64,000 bases of DNA. It comes from Octopus sinensis (taxonomy: Eukaryota). The notes below the pieces were generated by a model. The model was given only the letters and a program-made list of their open reading frames with translations. It was not told the origin of the DNA and did no database searches. Made by a program: the position numbers and the translations under genes. This document shows, piece by piece, positions 13,372 to 27,412 of this stretch (positions within the stretch are counted from its first letter, which is position 1; every line of letters begins with the position of its first letter). Where the stretch lies: contig NC_043008.1 of NCBI RefSeq assembly GCF_006345805.1, positions 67,828,001-67,892,000 on the forward strand, given 5' to 3'.

Positions 13372-13543
13372 TTAGTAATTTGTGGTAAATCATTTTACCT
13401 TTGCCCATATAATACAGTAAATGAATTGATTGCATCGCAATCATTAACATTTATGTATTAACTTTGTTGGGTACTTCACTAGCAGTATATTGGATATACG
13501 TTATCCCATAGAGGGTTGCATTTACAACCCCTATCTCAATTTG

Positions 13544-13640
<97 letters not shown>

Positions 13641-13741
13641 TTCTAGTCCTGTAGAAGCTCCTTCTATAAAATAAATTAATTTACTCTGCTATGTATTGAG
13701 TACCTTATTTACTGTGGTTAACCCCGACTCAACCCGGGACC

Positions 13742-13824
<83 letters not shown>

Positions 13825-13833
13825 TTATATATA

Positions 13834-14369
13834 CAGGGTGTCCCAAAACAATGTATACACAGACTGCAACAGTCTGTCATGCCAAGCATTAGAGAGGACT
13901 TTGAACAGGAAGAGTTTTATTTCCAGCAAGATGGGGCACCTCCACACTACCATCGCGATGTTAGATCCTTTCTTGATGGGATCTTGCCAAACAGGTGGAT
14001 TGGACGGAGAGGTTTTTTCGAATACCCTCCACGTTCACCAGACCTCCCACCAGTAGACTTCTTTTGATGGGGATACCTAAAGGACAAAGTCTACGCACAG
14101 AAACCTGCAACAGTCGTTCAATTGAGGGCAACCATTGAACATGAATGTACGAATATCCCAAGGGAATTGTTCCATGATGTGTGCCATTCCATCGCTTCGC
14201 GTTGTCAGCAGTGTCTGGAGCAGAACGGACATCAGTTTGAGAACATGCGATAACAAGACAATAGAATGATATTTGTAAATTCTTTTACATGTTGAAAATT
14301 ATTCGAATTATAATAAACCCCAAATTTACAATTATTTAAGGTGTGTATACATTTTTTTGGGACACCCTG
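13834..14369 (+). mobile_element. Internally deleted DD41D (rosa-type) Tc1/mariner element
   Basis: TIRs CAGGGTGTCCCAAAACAATGTATACAC / GTGTATACATTTTTTTGGGACACCCTG with TA TSDs. Only the C-terminus remains: FQQDG...(41 aa)...PVDFF*WGYLKDKVY. Confidence 0.9.
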
Positions 14370-14376
14370 TATATAT

Positions 14377-14417
<41 letters not shown>

Positions 14418-14435
14418 TATATATGCATATATATA

Positions 14436-14478
<43 letters not shown>

Positions 14479-14508
14479 ATTATATATGTGTGTAGAGAGA
14501 GAGAGAGA

Positions 14509-14865
14509 GGTGCAATGGCCCAGCGGTTAGGGCAGCGGACTTGCGATTATGGGATCGCAGTTTCGATTCCCAGACCGGGCGTTGTGAGTGTTTATAAAGC
14601 TCCACGTGGCTCCGAAGGGTGTGGTGGAAAACCCTGCTGTATTCTTCCACCACAACTTTCTCTCACTCTTCCTGTTTCTGTAGTACCTGTATTTCAAAGG
14701 GCCAGCCTTGTCGCACTCTGTGTCACGCCGATTCTCCCCGAGAACTATGTTCAGGATACACATGTCTGTGGAGTGTTCAGCCACTTGCACGTTAATTTAA
14801 CGAGCAGGATGTTCTGCTAATCGGATCAATTGGAACCCTCGTCGTCGTAACCGACGGAGTGCCAC
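14509..14865 (+). mobile_element. SINE 'family C' (tRNA-like head), tail type 1
   Basis: ggcccagcggttagggcagcggac...gtttcgattcccagaccgggcg (A/B-box-like); homologous to 25022-25367. Confidence 0.85.
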
Positions 14866-14968
14866 GATATATATGTGTGTGTGTGTATCTATATGTATGG
14901 AAATCTATGTGTGTGTATATATATGTATATACTTATATGATATATGATATATGTATATATATGATATA

Positions 14969-15011
<43 letters not shown>

Positions 15012-15523
15012 ATATGATATATATATATATATATATACATATATGATATATGATATATATATATATATGTGTATGCACGCACACATACACGCAGAGACAC
15101 ACATATTCACATCATCCTAACCCCAAAATCATTGATGCTTGAAGGAAAGCCAAAAAAAGAAAAAAATGGGTACATTTTTTCAATTCTACATTTCTGCTAA
15201 AACGGACAGGTCAGTAAACAACCTCGCCTTGAATTCATAATACTCTGTACTGACCCTGAGATGTATAATATATTTGTTTTAATCTTTTCTGCCCATTTTT
15301 TCAAATATTCTAATCATACTGTTGTACTTTTTTATGTCCTTAACATGTCCCTGTTACCAAAGACTGTATATATACATATAATGTGGCAATTTGCAACAAC
15401 CAATAATTAACGCAACCAAACTTCCATATGTTACTTTTGACAATCTTTTTCCAAAGAGTGAAACCGGTTAAGTAAATAAACATCTTTTAAATTGCATTTT
15501 CAAACCTTCTTTCGTATATATAT

Positions 15524-15560
<37 letters not shown>

Positions 15561-16844
15561 GATTGTATGTATTACGTGATATAAGACACCTAATGACTAT
15601 CGGAGATGAAACAGATGGAAATGCAGAGTAAGGTAAACATACTGAAATGCAAACACACTCTGCCAAATATAAAGTTTATAGTCCGAGCAATTATAATGTA
15701 ATTAGCAATTATAATCTAATTAACAATAAAGTCATTTGTAACATTTCAAGAAAACCTTGATCTCTGATATTCAGACAATGAACTGGAGAGAGATTTCTGT
15801 GGCGTAGTTTCTGTTATAATTATTGCAGCTGATATTGATAATGGCGTCGTCGTCATCGTCATCGCAAGAGCGATGATGACGATGATGATGGCGGCGGCGG
15901 TGGTGGTGGTGGTGGTGGTGGTGGTGGTGGTGGTATTGACGACGATGATGATGATGAGCATGATGATGGGGTTGTGAAGTCGGTGGGGGATGGGGTGGTA
16001 CTGGTGTAAAAGAAGGTGGAGAAGGAAGAAGTAGGGGTCACTATCAACCTTAAACTTCAGAAATAATCAAAAATAATATAATTGTATTATCATGATAAAA
16101 TAACAAACAGCCACGATGGTTGCATAACAGAGTGAAAGGATGACTGACAAGCAGACTGACAGGCAGACAGGTGGATAGGCAGGCAGGCAGACGGGCAGAC
16201 TGTAAAGATGGCATACAATAGTGGTGGTTAACACTTAAATGTTACGTTAATCAGCTTTTGATATTTCATTATCACATCACACACACACACACACATACAA
16301 ACCCACACGCACACACTTACACATACACTTAACCCACACTTAACACACATACAAACACTCTTACATATACTCGCACATGCATACTTACACACACACATGC
16401 ACACACACACACACATACTCATACACTCACATACATACACACTTTCACAATTACAAACACACTTTCATACACACGCACATACATACAAACATACATACAT
16501 ACATACATATACATACACACATACAAACATACATACATACATACATACATACATGCATACATACATACATACATACATACATACATACATACATACATAC
16601 ATACATACGCACACGTGCACTCCCCGTATCACCACCTCCACCAAGCACCAAACATGAATTCTCCCCAACCACCATTTCCTCCACCAGAAACAAAAATACA
16701 GAAGAAAGCCTCTAGAAATCAAACCACTTGCAAGAAGTGCTTGTAAATTACCGCACGTGTGTTAATTACCACTAATGATCTAACACTCATCCACTTCACC
16801 TATTGCTGTTGTTGTTGTTGTTGGGGCTGGTTGGGGTTGGCTGA

Positions 16845-17192
16845 AGGCGGTGGAGTGGCAGAAACGTTAGAGCGTCGGACAAAATGTTGAGCGACATTTC
16901 TTCCAGCTCTTTACGTTCTGAGTTCAAATACCACCGAAGTTAACTTTCCTTTCATTCATATATTTGTAAATTTTTTTTTTTTTGTTATTGTTTGGTTGAG
17001 GGTGATGAATTAGGGAAATCGGTAGAGTGCCGGACAAATGCATCACAACATATCTGAGTTCTAATGCTGCAAGGTCTTCTTTACTTTTTATCATTTCGGG
17101 GTCGATAAAAATAAGTACCGTCAAGTACCGGGCTAGATGGAATCGACTAAACTCTCCCTAAAATTGCTTGCCTTCTGCCAAAATTTAAAATC
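16845..17192 (+). mobile_element. Two degenerate family A SINE pieces (second has tail 2)
   Basis: gttctgagttcaaat; ttcggggtcgataaaaataagtacc; ccctaaaattgc...gccaaaattt. Confidence 0.55.
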
Positions 17193-17629
17193 ATTATTGT
17201 TGTTGTTGTTGTTGTACTTGCTTGAAATGGTTCCGATGGACGTTCGAATTTTATCAAGTTCACTTGAAACAATTCTTTTTTTTTACTTTTAAATATCTGA
17301 AAATTCATTAACCTCTAAAGGCTTTAGGAACTTTGAACGCTCATCCCATTAGGTTTGGTGGGTGACATTTAGTATTACTAAGATTAGCACATTGATTACT
17401 GATAATTTATATGGCTTATAATATTATTTCGGACGTTAGTTCTTCGCTAATCGTCATCTTTGCAGCACTGCATAGGCAGAGAGTGATTAGGTAGGTGATA
17501 CATAAGATAATGTGGTCTGATGAAACCATTATAGACATATAGGTCCTAATTACACCCCACCATAAAAGACCACTAGGCTATCCCAGAGGTGTGCCCCAAT
17601 GTGGAATCAGAAAGAAAAGCATTCTGATA

Positions 17630-17720
17630 GATGTGTCAAGGCAAAAAGTCCAGGTGCTTCGTATGTGGTAATAAAATCCATTTGAAGGCATTCGACCCAA
17701 AAATATCGAGAAAAAAACAG
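17630..17720 (+). pseudogene. Possible retroelement gag zinc-knuckle remnant
   Basis: RCFVCGNKIHLKAFDPK resembles a decayed CX2CX4HX4C. Confidence 0.25.
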
Positions 17721-18690
17721 GGGAGGAAATATGGCAGAGAACAATAGAAGACGTAGTAGTAATAACAGGAGGCTCCGGAAATACTCCAGCGGTCACAGTT
17801 CCAAGTGTAACAGAAAAGAACTACCTTAATTTCGGTGCTGAGTAACAACGATTCTGAGTACCGACGGTGTTGAGTACCGACGGTGCTGAGAAGCATTGAC
17901 AAGCCGAGGTGTTCTCCTTCCCAAGCACACAGTAGACCAAAGGCGACAAGCAATAATACTATTCCGTCACCTTGCGACGATGGAAAAGAAATTTAGAATG
18001 GATAGACGTGACTGTCGAAGATAACAAAAGAAAATGAAAGGCGTGTTAAAAACAAAGAAAGCACAAAAGGACCTTTGCTGGGACTGTATGAGATTTGCAA
18101 GTTGCCTATAACTTTAAAAGTTTCCTACAAGTCTTTATAAGTTGCCTACAAGAAGGGAATAATATGATGTTTGAGAACGAGATAGAGATTGTGTGGATCA
18201 TTCAGTGTAAACTACTCTAACAGCCTATCTGCTGGTAAAATCGCCCCACCAAAGAGGACGTAGGACAATTCCCACTTTGTTAAAATCTGAAGAACCAATT
18301 TCAGAAGTACCAGTTTTTCACTACCAGCAAAATAATTTAGCTGAGCTGATTCAAACTCGCTAGCTGTTTCTCTTTCTTGTAGGTGGATTTCATTTATTGT
18401 TTTAGTAAATATTTTGTATTTTCTATGGCGTATCATTTTATAAATTAATGTAGTCTATTGCGATTTTACCTTCATTCCGTTCATAGGTGTGTGTTTGTGT
18501 ATTAAATTGTATGTGTGTTTGGGTGTGTGTACTTAAGTATGAATGTGTGTAGCTGTGTGTTTGCATACAACCATACGTCCTTTTATTTTTTATGTGGCAC
18601 GTTTTGTCTGAATGCAAGGGCTCTTGTAGTGTACGTGATAGGGGTGTCGCCGTCATCATCAGCATCATCATTATCATCTTATCATCATCA

Positions 18691-18749
<59 letters not shown>

Positions 18750-19364
18750 GGCACAAGACACTAATAAGCTCCTTTTGGCAAGAACTAAGTCTTTCCTTCC
18801 TAATTTCGAAACAAAACACCCATCGAAGAAATAGGTCTTTCGCAACCAGAAAATAAATTACGATAACAATAAAAGAGAAATAAAAGAAAAGACAGAAACA
18901 AAAAAGAGAAAGACAAAAAGAAGCATAACCACTTCAGCTAAGTAATTAACTAACCATTTAATTACTGGCATTTAACCAAAATGTTGTTGACTCCACCTGA
19001 CCACAACTAACCAATTGACGTATTCGCGGCAAACACTAGAGTAATACTTCCTGAATTAAAGAATTTGGTTGCAACGCAATTAGGAGAAGCTTTCCTTTAA
19101 TAAAGAACGAATGTAGAGACTGAGTCGATAAAATAACATAAAGTCAGTTAAAAGATTGCTGTTTCGAATCTTCTTGCTGGCAATGCAGCTGTCGTTGGTG
19201 TCAGAATTGGGGTTGTTTCAGTATAGCCCCAAGAAATTTTAATCAAGCAGACCTGTGTCAAACAGGTAGTTATCCGAATGACAAGGTGCGATCAACAGAT
19301 CTGTTGTTTTGGATATGCTATCTTAGGATCAATGTGAGGATCATATTAGTAAAAAATAGTAAAG

Positions 19365-19620
19365 TTTCCTTCCCTAGTCATGCAGACTCACAACGACCGG
19401 TTTCCCAGTTTCCGTGGCGTATAAATTCCCACCACCACTACTGGATGGGATGCTGATCTGTCGCAGGATTACTCATTTTTACCAGCTGAGTGAATTGAAG
19501 CAACGTGAAATGAAGTGTTTTGCGTCGCACGGTCCAGGAATCGAACACAACGCGTCACCCGGTACAGGAATCGAAAGCAGTCTTACGATCATGAGTCCAT
19601 AACCCTAACCACTAAGCCAT
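19365..19620 (-). mobile_element. SINE family F
   Basis: Minus strand ggcttagtggttagggttatggactcatgatcgtaag...ttcgattcc (B-box-like segment present twice)...cactcagctggtaaaaatgagt. Confidence 0.75.
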
Positions 19621-19803
19621 GCACATCCCAGAGGATCATACTGTACACAGTTGAATGTAATGAAGGATTTGTTGGGTGCAATGTAACATTTTGGAAATGA
19701 TAATGTTGGTGCTGCCCTTGAAAAAAACTACTGTACATTTGTTACATGCACTCAGTTCGTTGGCTGTAGGCCAATGAAGTTTAATTTGTCTTTTTTTACC
19801 ACA

Positions 19804-20292
<489 letters not shown>

Positions 20293-20304
20293 GGAATAGT
20301 GAGT

Positions 20305-20517
20305 CTGGTTTCAAATTTTGGCACAAGGTCAGCAAGTTCGGCTCAGGGTGTAAGTTGATTACATCAACCCCAGTATTCAGCTGGTACTTATTTTATCGAC
20401 CTCGAAACGATGAAAGGCAAAGTCGGCCTCGGCGTAATTTAAACTTAGAACGTAAAGACAGACGAAATGCCGCTAAGCATTTTGCCCGGCGTGCGAACAA
20501 TTCTGCCAGCTCGCCGC
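20305..20517 (-). mobile_element. SINE family A (tail 2)
   Basis: Reverse complement of the family A head plus a ccttgtgccaaaatttgaaacc tail. Confidence 0.8.
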
Positions 20518-20936
20518 ATTGTTTATATCTGATAATCTTGATGAGAGTTACTTTGGCTATATCCTTAAACTCTATTACAACGCCTACCGATAACTTTTCA
20601 AGTCAATCGTCAGTTATGTCAGATGTTAATAGACGATGACAGACAAAAGAAATTTTAATTTTTACACTTCATTGAATATTCTAGAATCTTTTGGTGGTCA
20701 TATAAAAAAAACGGAATTCAGCTATGTATAGGGGCTTTTTTCGAGAGCTATGTGTTTTTAAGCTCTCATTTAATAAGGTAATTATCATCACTAAGCTTTC
20801 TCTCAAATATATTCCTGTTATGACCAGTGACTATATCCTGAATTTATTTGAATTAATTTAACCCTTGTCTCATAACAATTCATTATTTCTTGACCTATAC
20901 ATATAATATGCATTTAATAAACTTACATAACGTATA

Positions 20937-21323
20937 CTCTTTTACTTGTTTCAGTCATTTGACTGTGGCCATGCTGGAGCACCGCCTTTAGTTGAGTAAA
21001 TCGACCCCAGGACTTATTCTGTGTAAGTCTAGCACTTATTCTATCGGTTTGTTTTGCTGAACCGCTAAGTGACGGGGACATAAACACACCACCATCGGTT
21101 GTCAAGTGATGTTGGGGAGACAAACACAAACACACGCACACATACATATATACATATATACGACGGGCTTCTTTCAATTACCGTCAACCAAATCCACTCA
21201 CAAGGCTTTGGTCAGCCCAAGGCTATAGTAGAAGACATAGCCCAAGGTGCCACGCAGTGGGACTGAACCCAGAACCATATGGTTGGTAAGCAAGCTACTT
21301 ACCACACAGCCACTCCTGCGCCT
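20937..21323 (-). mobile_element. Full-length SINE family B
   Basis: Reverse complement of 19804-20292. Confidence 0.9.
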
Positions 21324-22786
21324 AAAAATATTAATAAAGGGTTGGATAACACCAACACTAACATTTCCAAAAAGTCACACTGCATTTCAGTTTCTTCACA
21401 ACATACGACTGTGTACTGTGTGGTCTTCAGATTGGCACAAGCATAGCATACTCGAAATGACAGGTTTGTTGCTAGTGCCGCGGCATTTGGGTGACGACCT
21501 GCGTGAAATAAGTCTGCGTGATTAAAGTTACCTTGGAGCTACGCAACAACACCAACACCGAAACCGATTTGCCGGTAACAAGATTCGAAACAGCTACCTT
21601 TTAGTTGGTTTTAGACTACTTTATTGATTCAGCCATTACATATGTTCTATATCAATTGCAGCCAAATTAATAAGCATTGCAGAAGACACTTCTTTCTCTT
21701 TGAAATTATTCAGCATGTTAAACATGACATGACTATAATTCCTATTCATGATAAGAAATTTAGCTTCACATCTGGTTAAATCATTTTTAACTTTGAAAAA
21801 GCTCCTTCAGTATAATAAGGTTGTGTAACATTATATTTGTGATCCAAAAGAATAGTCAGTGATATTTTTGGTTTTCTCAAAGGAGGTACAATCAGAGTTG
21901 TCAGCTACAGAAGTCTGCATTCTTTCAATAAGTCATTTTTTTTTTTGTATTTATTCTTTTATGGAAGATAAAATCCGAGCGTAAATCTTACAAGGGTGCG
22001 ATGTCACTCGTTTATCCTTCCTGTTAGTGTTTCTGATATTGTTCAGACCTCGCTACGATAAAATAGAACTGTTTTAATGCCTTTCGTTACTCGATAAAAT
22101 TTTAATTCTATCTCTAACCAAACAATTCCAAATATAGTCAAATTCACGTGATGCTAATTGGTGTCTTTATCTTAAACAAATTCCGCTGCTAAAAATAACA
22201 AAAGTATGTGACCATAAGAAGTTGGATTCCTAAGAGAGTATATCAAGTCTCCAACAAACATTCATTGATTTTAATTCATTGTAAAATATTTTAATCACGT
22301 GCTTCTCACAAAACTAAGACCAGAATTGAAGAATAAATTCTAAAGTTTCATTTTAGTTTAAGACCAGATATATATATATACTACGAACCAATATTTACAT
22401 AAATCATATGAATTAACTTACACCGTTAAAGGGAAAACATTGCAACTCTGTGGACTTTTCTTGTGCATTTGATTAAATAAACAGAACAGCAAGCTAATTA
22501 TTTAAAGTTTGTAGGAAGTACTAGATTTATTCATTAATCTCATTGTATCCTTCTTCATTAAAAATAACGCCTATGTTTGAACTCTTTCAGAGAACAATAA
22601 TGAGTTTGAGACGTCTTCATGTGTACTTCAAGAACATCTTTCATCTAACATCTTTGTGATTATTACGTTTTATGTAATACGTCTTTCTTATTCTTTTGCT
22701 TTTTTTTTTTACAAGAAACACTATCAGAAAATGCTATACAGTAAATCTTACGGTTACAACCTTCCTCTATTAGCTTTTGTTGTTAT

Positions 22787-23165
22787 TTTATGACTAAAGA
22801 CGAAAAAATCTATATTTAAAGTGAGACGTATACCATATCTTATTGCTAGACATAAAGATTTATGTTCTGCGACTAAACACAAAGATGTATGATCTATGAC
22901 TAAAAACAAATATTCTATACTTAATAACAAGACATATGTTGTATACTTTGTTATTTTATAATTAAACACAAAGATTCTACATTTTATGACCGAAGAAATA
23001 TTTGTATCGTTATGACTAGACATAAAGATTCAACATTTTATGATAAAACAAAATGTATTTCTGTGACTACAAGACAAAGATTATATTGTATGATTAGACA
23101 CAGAGGACCTCTATCTTATGACTAGATGCAAAGATATCACATTTTATGACTATACCCTAAGACTG
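22787..23165. repeat. Degenerate ~27 bp minisatellite (TTATGACTAGACACAAAGATTCTACAT-like)
   Basis: atgacta...caaagat recurs about a dozen times. Confidence 0.7.
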
Positions 23166-25021
23166 TAGGCATAAATACAATTTCTAGATTTTAGATGCAG
23201 AGTAAAATAGGTGATTAGCGATGTGTGGCTGTTTAATGTAGTCTTCATTTTGTATAAACGAAGTGAAGTGGATCTATACGACATGTAGAGTGGCTATCTA
23301 TGTTTGTGTATGTTTGTGTTTGTGTTTGTGAGTGCTCGCACGTGTATGTTCCGTCTATCTATGCATGCTTGTACCTCTCCTGCCACTCAACACACACAAT
23401 ACTAGATTCCACCACACATAATTCTCTGAGTAGGAGATGAGTGTGCACACGTTTGTGGCAACGGAGCAAACACTTTAGCAGCAGCCAATCTTACAACCAC
23501 TACGACCGCCATCACCATCATAGGCCACCACTACCCCCACCACAGCCACCACCCTCACCATCACAACCATCACTGCAGCCACCGTCACCACCATCACCTA
23601 CCATCACTATGACACAAGAGGTCTTACCACCACAACAATAACAACCACACATTCCAACCGTAACTATCCCCCCATCCCTACTACGAGAGCCATACCACTA
23701 CCGCAACAAGTGCCACCTGCATTAACAGCAACAATAATAACAATTAGAACAAAAACATCATCATCATCATCATCATCATCAACAACAGAATCAATAGTAA
23801 CATTGTCCCTGTGCTTGAAGTGGTGTTAAAGTAAAACAAGCGTGTTATGAACAAGAACTACCTAAGTAGATCAAAGTGCATCCTGTTTCTTGACTTTTGA
23901 GTACGTGTGGAAAAAGTACTCAAAGCCAAGAGTTACCTATAAATGTGACCCCTTAATGTGATGCCATGATTGCACATACGTCATTGTTTTCTTTCTCCCT
24001 TTCTTTCTTCCTTTGTTTTTCTCTGCTTTGCTTTCATATAAAAAATGTTGGGTTAATCTTATGCAGAGTAAGTCTAATGTTGACTCCAAATGTGATTTAC
24101 TGATACTTTCCTTATGACGATTACTTAACTCCAGTTTTCTTGTACTGAGGAGCGGGTGAGATATACTTACGCCTTTTCACGCTTTCATCATGTATAATAC
24201 GCCAGTCCACCCTTGATCCCATCTCCGACCACTTTTTGAAGGCTTTTTATAATCAGAAATGGTGACAAACGTTCTCATAGATATAATTCCCGATTCTGAA
24301 AGATGGCTAATTTTTTCCTCTCATTAATTTACTAAGGCATGAGACAAATTGATCAGCTTTGAGTTAACTTTTGAGGCAGTGATGTTACATTCGTCAGTTG
24401 AGTCTATTTTTAGTTCTGGCTTACAGTAAAGAATACTGGTCCAGCTTTATGCTGGAGAACTCCAGTTCTACACAAACAGGCGTGTGTATATCTCTCGTTT
24501 TAACCTCAGCTCTTAAAAAACTTCTAGTGTATACTGGGTTGGTTGGATTAAACCTATTTAACTTGCTTCAAATAATGTATGGACATTAACAGCCAAAGTT
24601 GATCAGGATGCATCTGCACATGCATGTGAAGAACTGGGCAATATTTTTGTGGGGAAGACTGGCAGTTGTCCATGCCTGCAAACTTCCATTCTCCATGATA
24701 CAAGGAAAAGACCGCTGGTGTTGGCCAGTAAAGTCAGAGATGCGCAACTATACACAACCGTAATTCTATGCAAAAACGCATTCTATGCAAAACCGTAACT
24801 ATTTTACCAAATCGCCGCCTTTCTGCAGATAATATAGCTTCATAAAATAATAAGAACTACAACTGCGCCGGCAATCGGCGCCGGCTTTAAAATCACTACA
24901 ACAAAAGCATGGGCAGTAAAATTCAATGTGCTTTAAACAACTGAAAGGAAGTGATATGAGGATAGGCTGGGCTACGTTACAGGAATGTCATCTGAACAAA
25001 TGACTTAGCAGAACTTAGAAG

Positions 25022-25367
25022 GATGCTCCGTCGGTTACTAAAACGTGAGTCCCAATAGATCCAATCAACGAAACAGCCTGCTCGTGAAATCAACGTGCAA
25101 GTGGCTGAGTACTCCACAGACACGTGTATCCTTAGCGTAGTTCTCGCGGAGATTAAGAGTGTGACAAGCTGGCCCTTTGAAATACAGAGACAACAGAAAC
25201 GGGAAGAGAAATTTGTGGTAAAGGAGTGCAGCAGGGTTCGCCCTGTCGGAGCCTCGTGGAGCTTTAAGTGTTTTCGCTCAATAAACACTAACAACGCCCG
25301 GTATGGGAATCGAAACTGCGATACTATGACCGCGAGTCTGCTGCCCTAATCATTGGAGCATTCTGCC
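25022..25367 (-). mobile_element. SINE family C, tail type 1
   Basis: Reverse complement of 14509-14865. Confidence 0.85.
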
Positions 25368-25373
25368 TATATA

Positions 25374-25419
<46 letters not shown>

Positions 25420-25428
25420 ATATATATA

Positions 25429-25478
<50 letters not shown>

Positions 25479-25490
25479 GCATAATGATGT

Positions 25491-25540
25491 AGACACTTCT
25501 GATGAGAACACAATAAGGTTCGAAAATCGATTAAGATTGT
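25491..25540 (+). ncRNA. Minimal type I hammerhead ribozyme motif (weak stem I)
   Basis: CTGATGA-GAAC(acaataag)GTTC-GAAA-A(tcga)T-TA; palindrome AATCGATT. Confidence 0.65.
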
Positions 25541-25779
25541 TCATCACTTTTTCAGTCTGCGGATAAATGGCTGATATTTGCCCTGTTTATAATTATACCA
25601 AATGTTACATATTTATATCATATCTTGACGCTGTGTGGACTAAAATCCCCGTTGACAGGCCGCTGGCATTTATAGAATGTTAAACACTTTCGGTTTGCAA
25701 ATCAGGGACTCCTTCATAGAGTAACTGCTGCATTTGTTGAGTATATAAGCAGTTTGGCTGCTTGTTTCTCTGCAGACTG

Positions 25780-25830
25780 TCAGAGTGATGAGAACCCAAA
25801 AAGGCTCGAAAATCGATTAAGGTTTTTCAT
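25780..25830 (+). ncRNA. Second, degenerate hammerhead copy 286 bp downstream
   Basis: GTGATGA-GAAC(ccaaaaag)GCTC-GAAAATCGATTA-AGGT; downstream flank homologous to copy 1 (ttgccctgtttat.attatacca). Confidence 0.5.
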
Positions 25831-26664
25831 TTTTATCCACTTGCAGAGAAATGGTTAAAGCTTGCCCTGTTTATGATTATACCATATATTACATGTACAT
25901 ATATATTTATAATTATATATATTAATGTTTAGCAGAAGTAGCAGAGTTACTCAAAATCCCAGAGTTTCATGCGTTGGCACCTAAACTTATCCAACATATA
26001 TATAATGTACATTATATGGATTTAACTTATCCGGTGGTAATCATAAAAAAGCTCCTTTAATAATTCAGGCTACAAGCCACATAGTAAACCAAAGCAAAGA
26101 AAGGACTGTAATATATAGTCCGATGCAGTTAAATTCCCATAAATCCATTTGGTAATGATTTGGAGTGTATAGAATATAAAGAAAGAGTGGGTGTACAAGA
26201 TGAATATATTCATTTCACCAATTAACATCCATATAGCGACGATCGTTTGCAGCCTTTATCATAGATAAAGGCTAAAAAAGCTGCGAAACAATTGTCGTTA
26301 CATTGTTGTTAATCAGTGAAATAATTATACTCATCTTATACTTTCTCTCATTCTTTATATTTGATATATTTTTTGCATTATTTTGTTTTGTTTGCTCTTG
26401 GCCTTGAATTCTCCGCAAAAAGAATTTTTTTACAGGCGCCGCCAATTGTGAAGCTTTCCGTATTATCATTAAAGGCGCGAAGCTGTGTATTAGCAATTGG
26501 TTGATAACTGATAAAGAATTAGGAACCTTTTGTGTTTGTCTCTCTTCCGGTTTTACACACAGTACACGTTATGTCGTATTTTTATTTACCATACATTTTT
26601 CATATATATATATGTGGGGTGGGGTACATTCATACATACGTATGCATGTATATAATGAGTGAAG

Positions 26665-26790
26665 ATGAATGGTCTAGAGGCTATCTCACGATCAAAAGTT
26701 CGTGGATTCGATTCCCGAACCGGGTAGCGCGCTGCATCCTTGACCAAAGCATATCATTTCACGTTTCTCCAGTCTACACAGCTGCAAATC
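26665..26790 (+). mobile_element. SINE family F 5' part
   Basis: ggtctagaggc...ctcacgatc...ttcgattcccg...catttcacgtttctccagtctacacagctg. Confidence 0.55.
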
Positions 26791-27119
26791 TACAGCAATC
26801 AATTAATATTACAGCCCTTCCGCTTACTAGTAATCAAACCTTCGTTGTTCTGTTGGGTTGCCGGTGGATATCCCGAGAGTGAGACTAGCTATATGTGCTC
26901 GCCACGACAAAAGCACCTAAAACAATCAGTATAAGCATGGTAAAAGCTACCAGCAACCCACACTCGCTTGCTAGTGTCATATATATATATATACAACTTA
27001 CTTGGAAAAGGATGCGTGGCGTTCGATCATATAATAATATGAATAATATATAAATATATGCATATATACATACATATATGCACATACCTACATCTATATG
27101 TATTTATACATGCATATAT

Positions 27120-27398
<279 letters not shown>

Positions 27399-27412
27399 CA
27401 CATACAGACATA

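Noticed and set aside
14509-14580. tRNA genes at SINE heads (also 19804, 29191, 61335)
   Set aside because: A/B-box-like motifs run straight into SINE bodies without a complete cloverleaf or acceptor stem.
17510-17530. CTGATGA at ~17517 (and GGCCGAAACGTC at ~52838)
   Set aside because: These are isolated half-motifs with no partner core or stems nearby.
22787-23165. CRISPR-like periodicity
   Set aside because: The units are contiguous and degenerate with no unique spacers, there are no cas genes, and the context is eukaryotic.
24100-24770. Moderately GC-rich unique stretch as a possible host exon
   Set aside because: Stops interrupt or limit the frames, with no recognisable domain or convincing splice pair.
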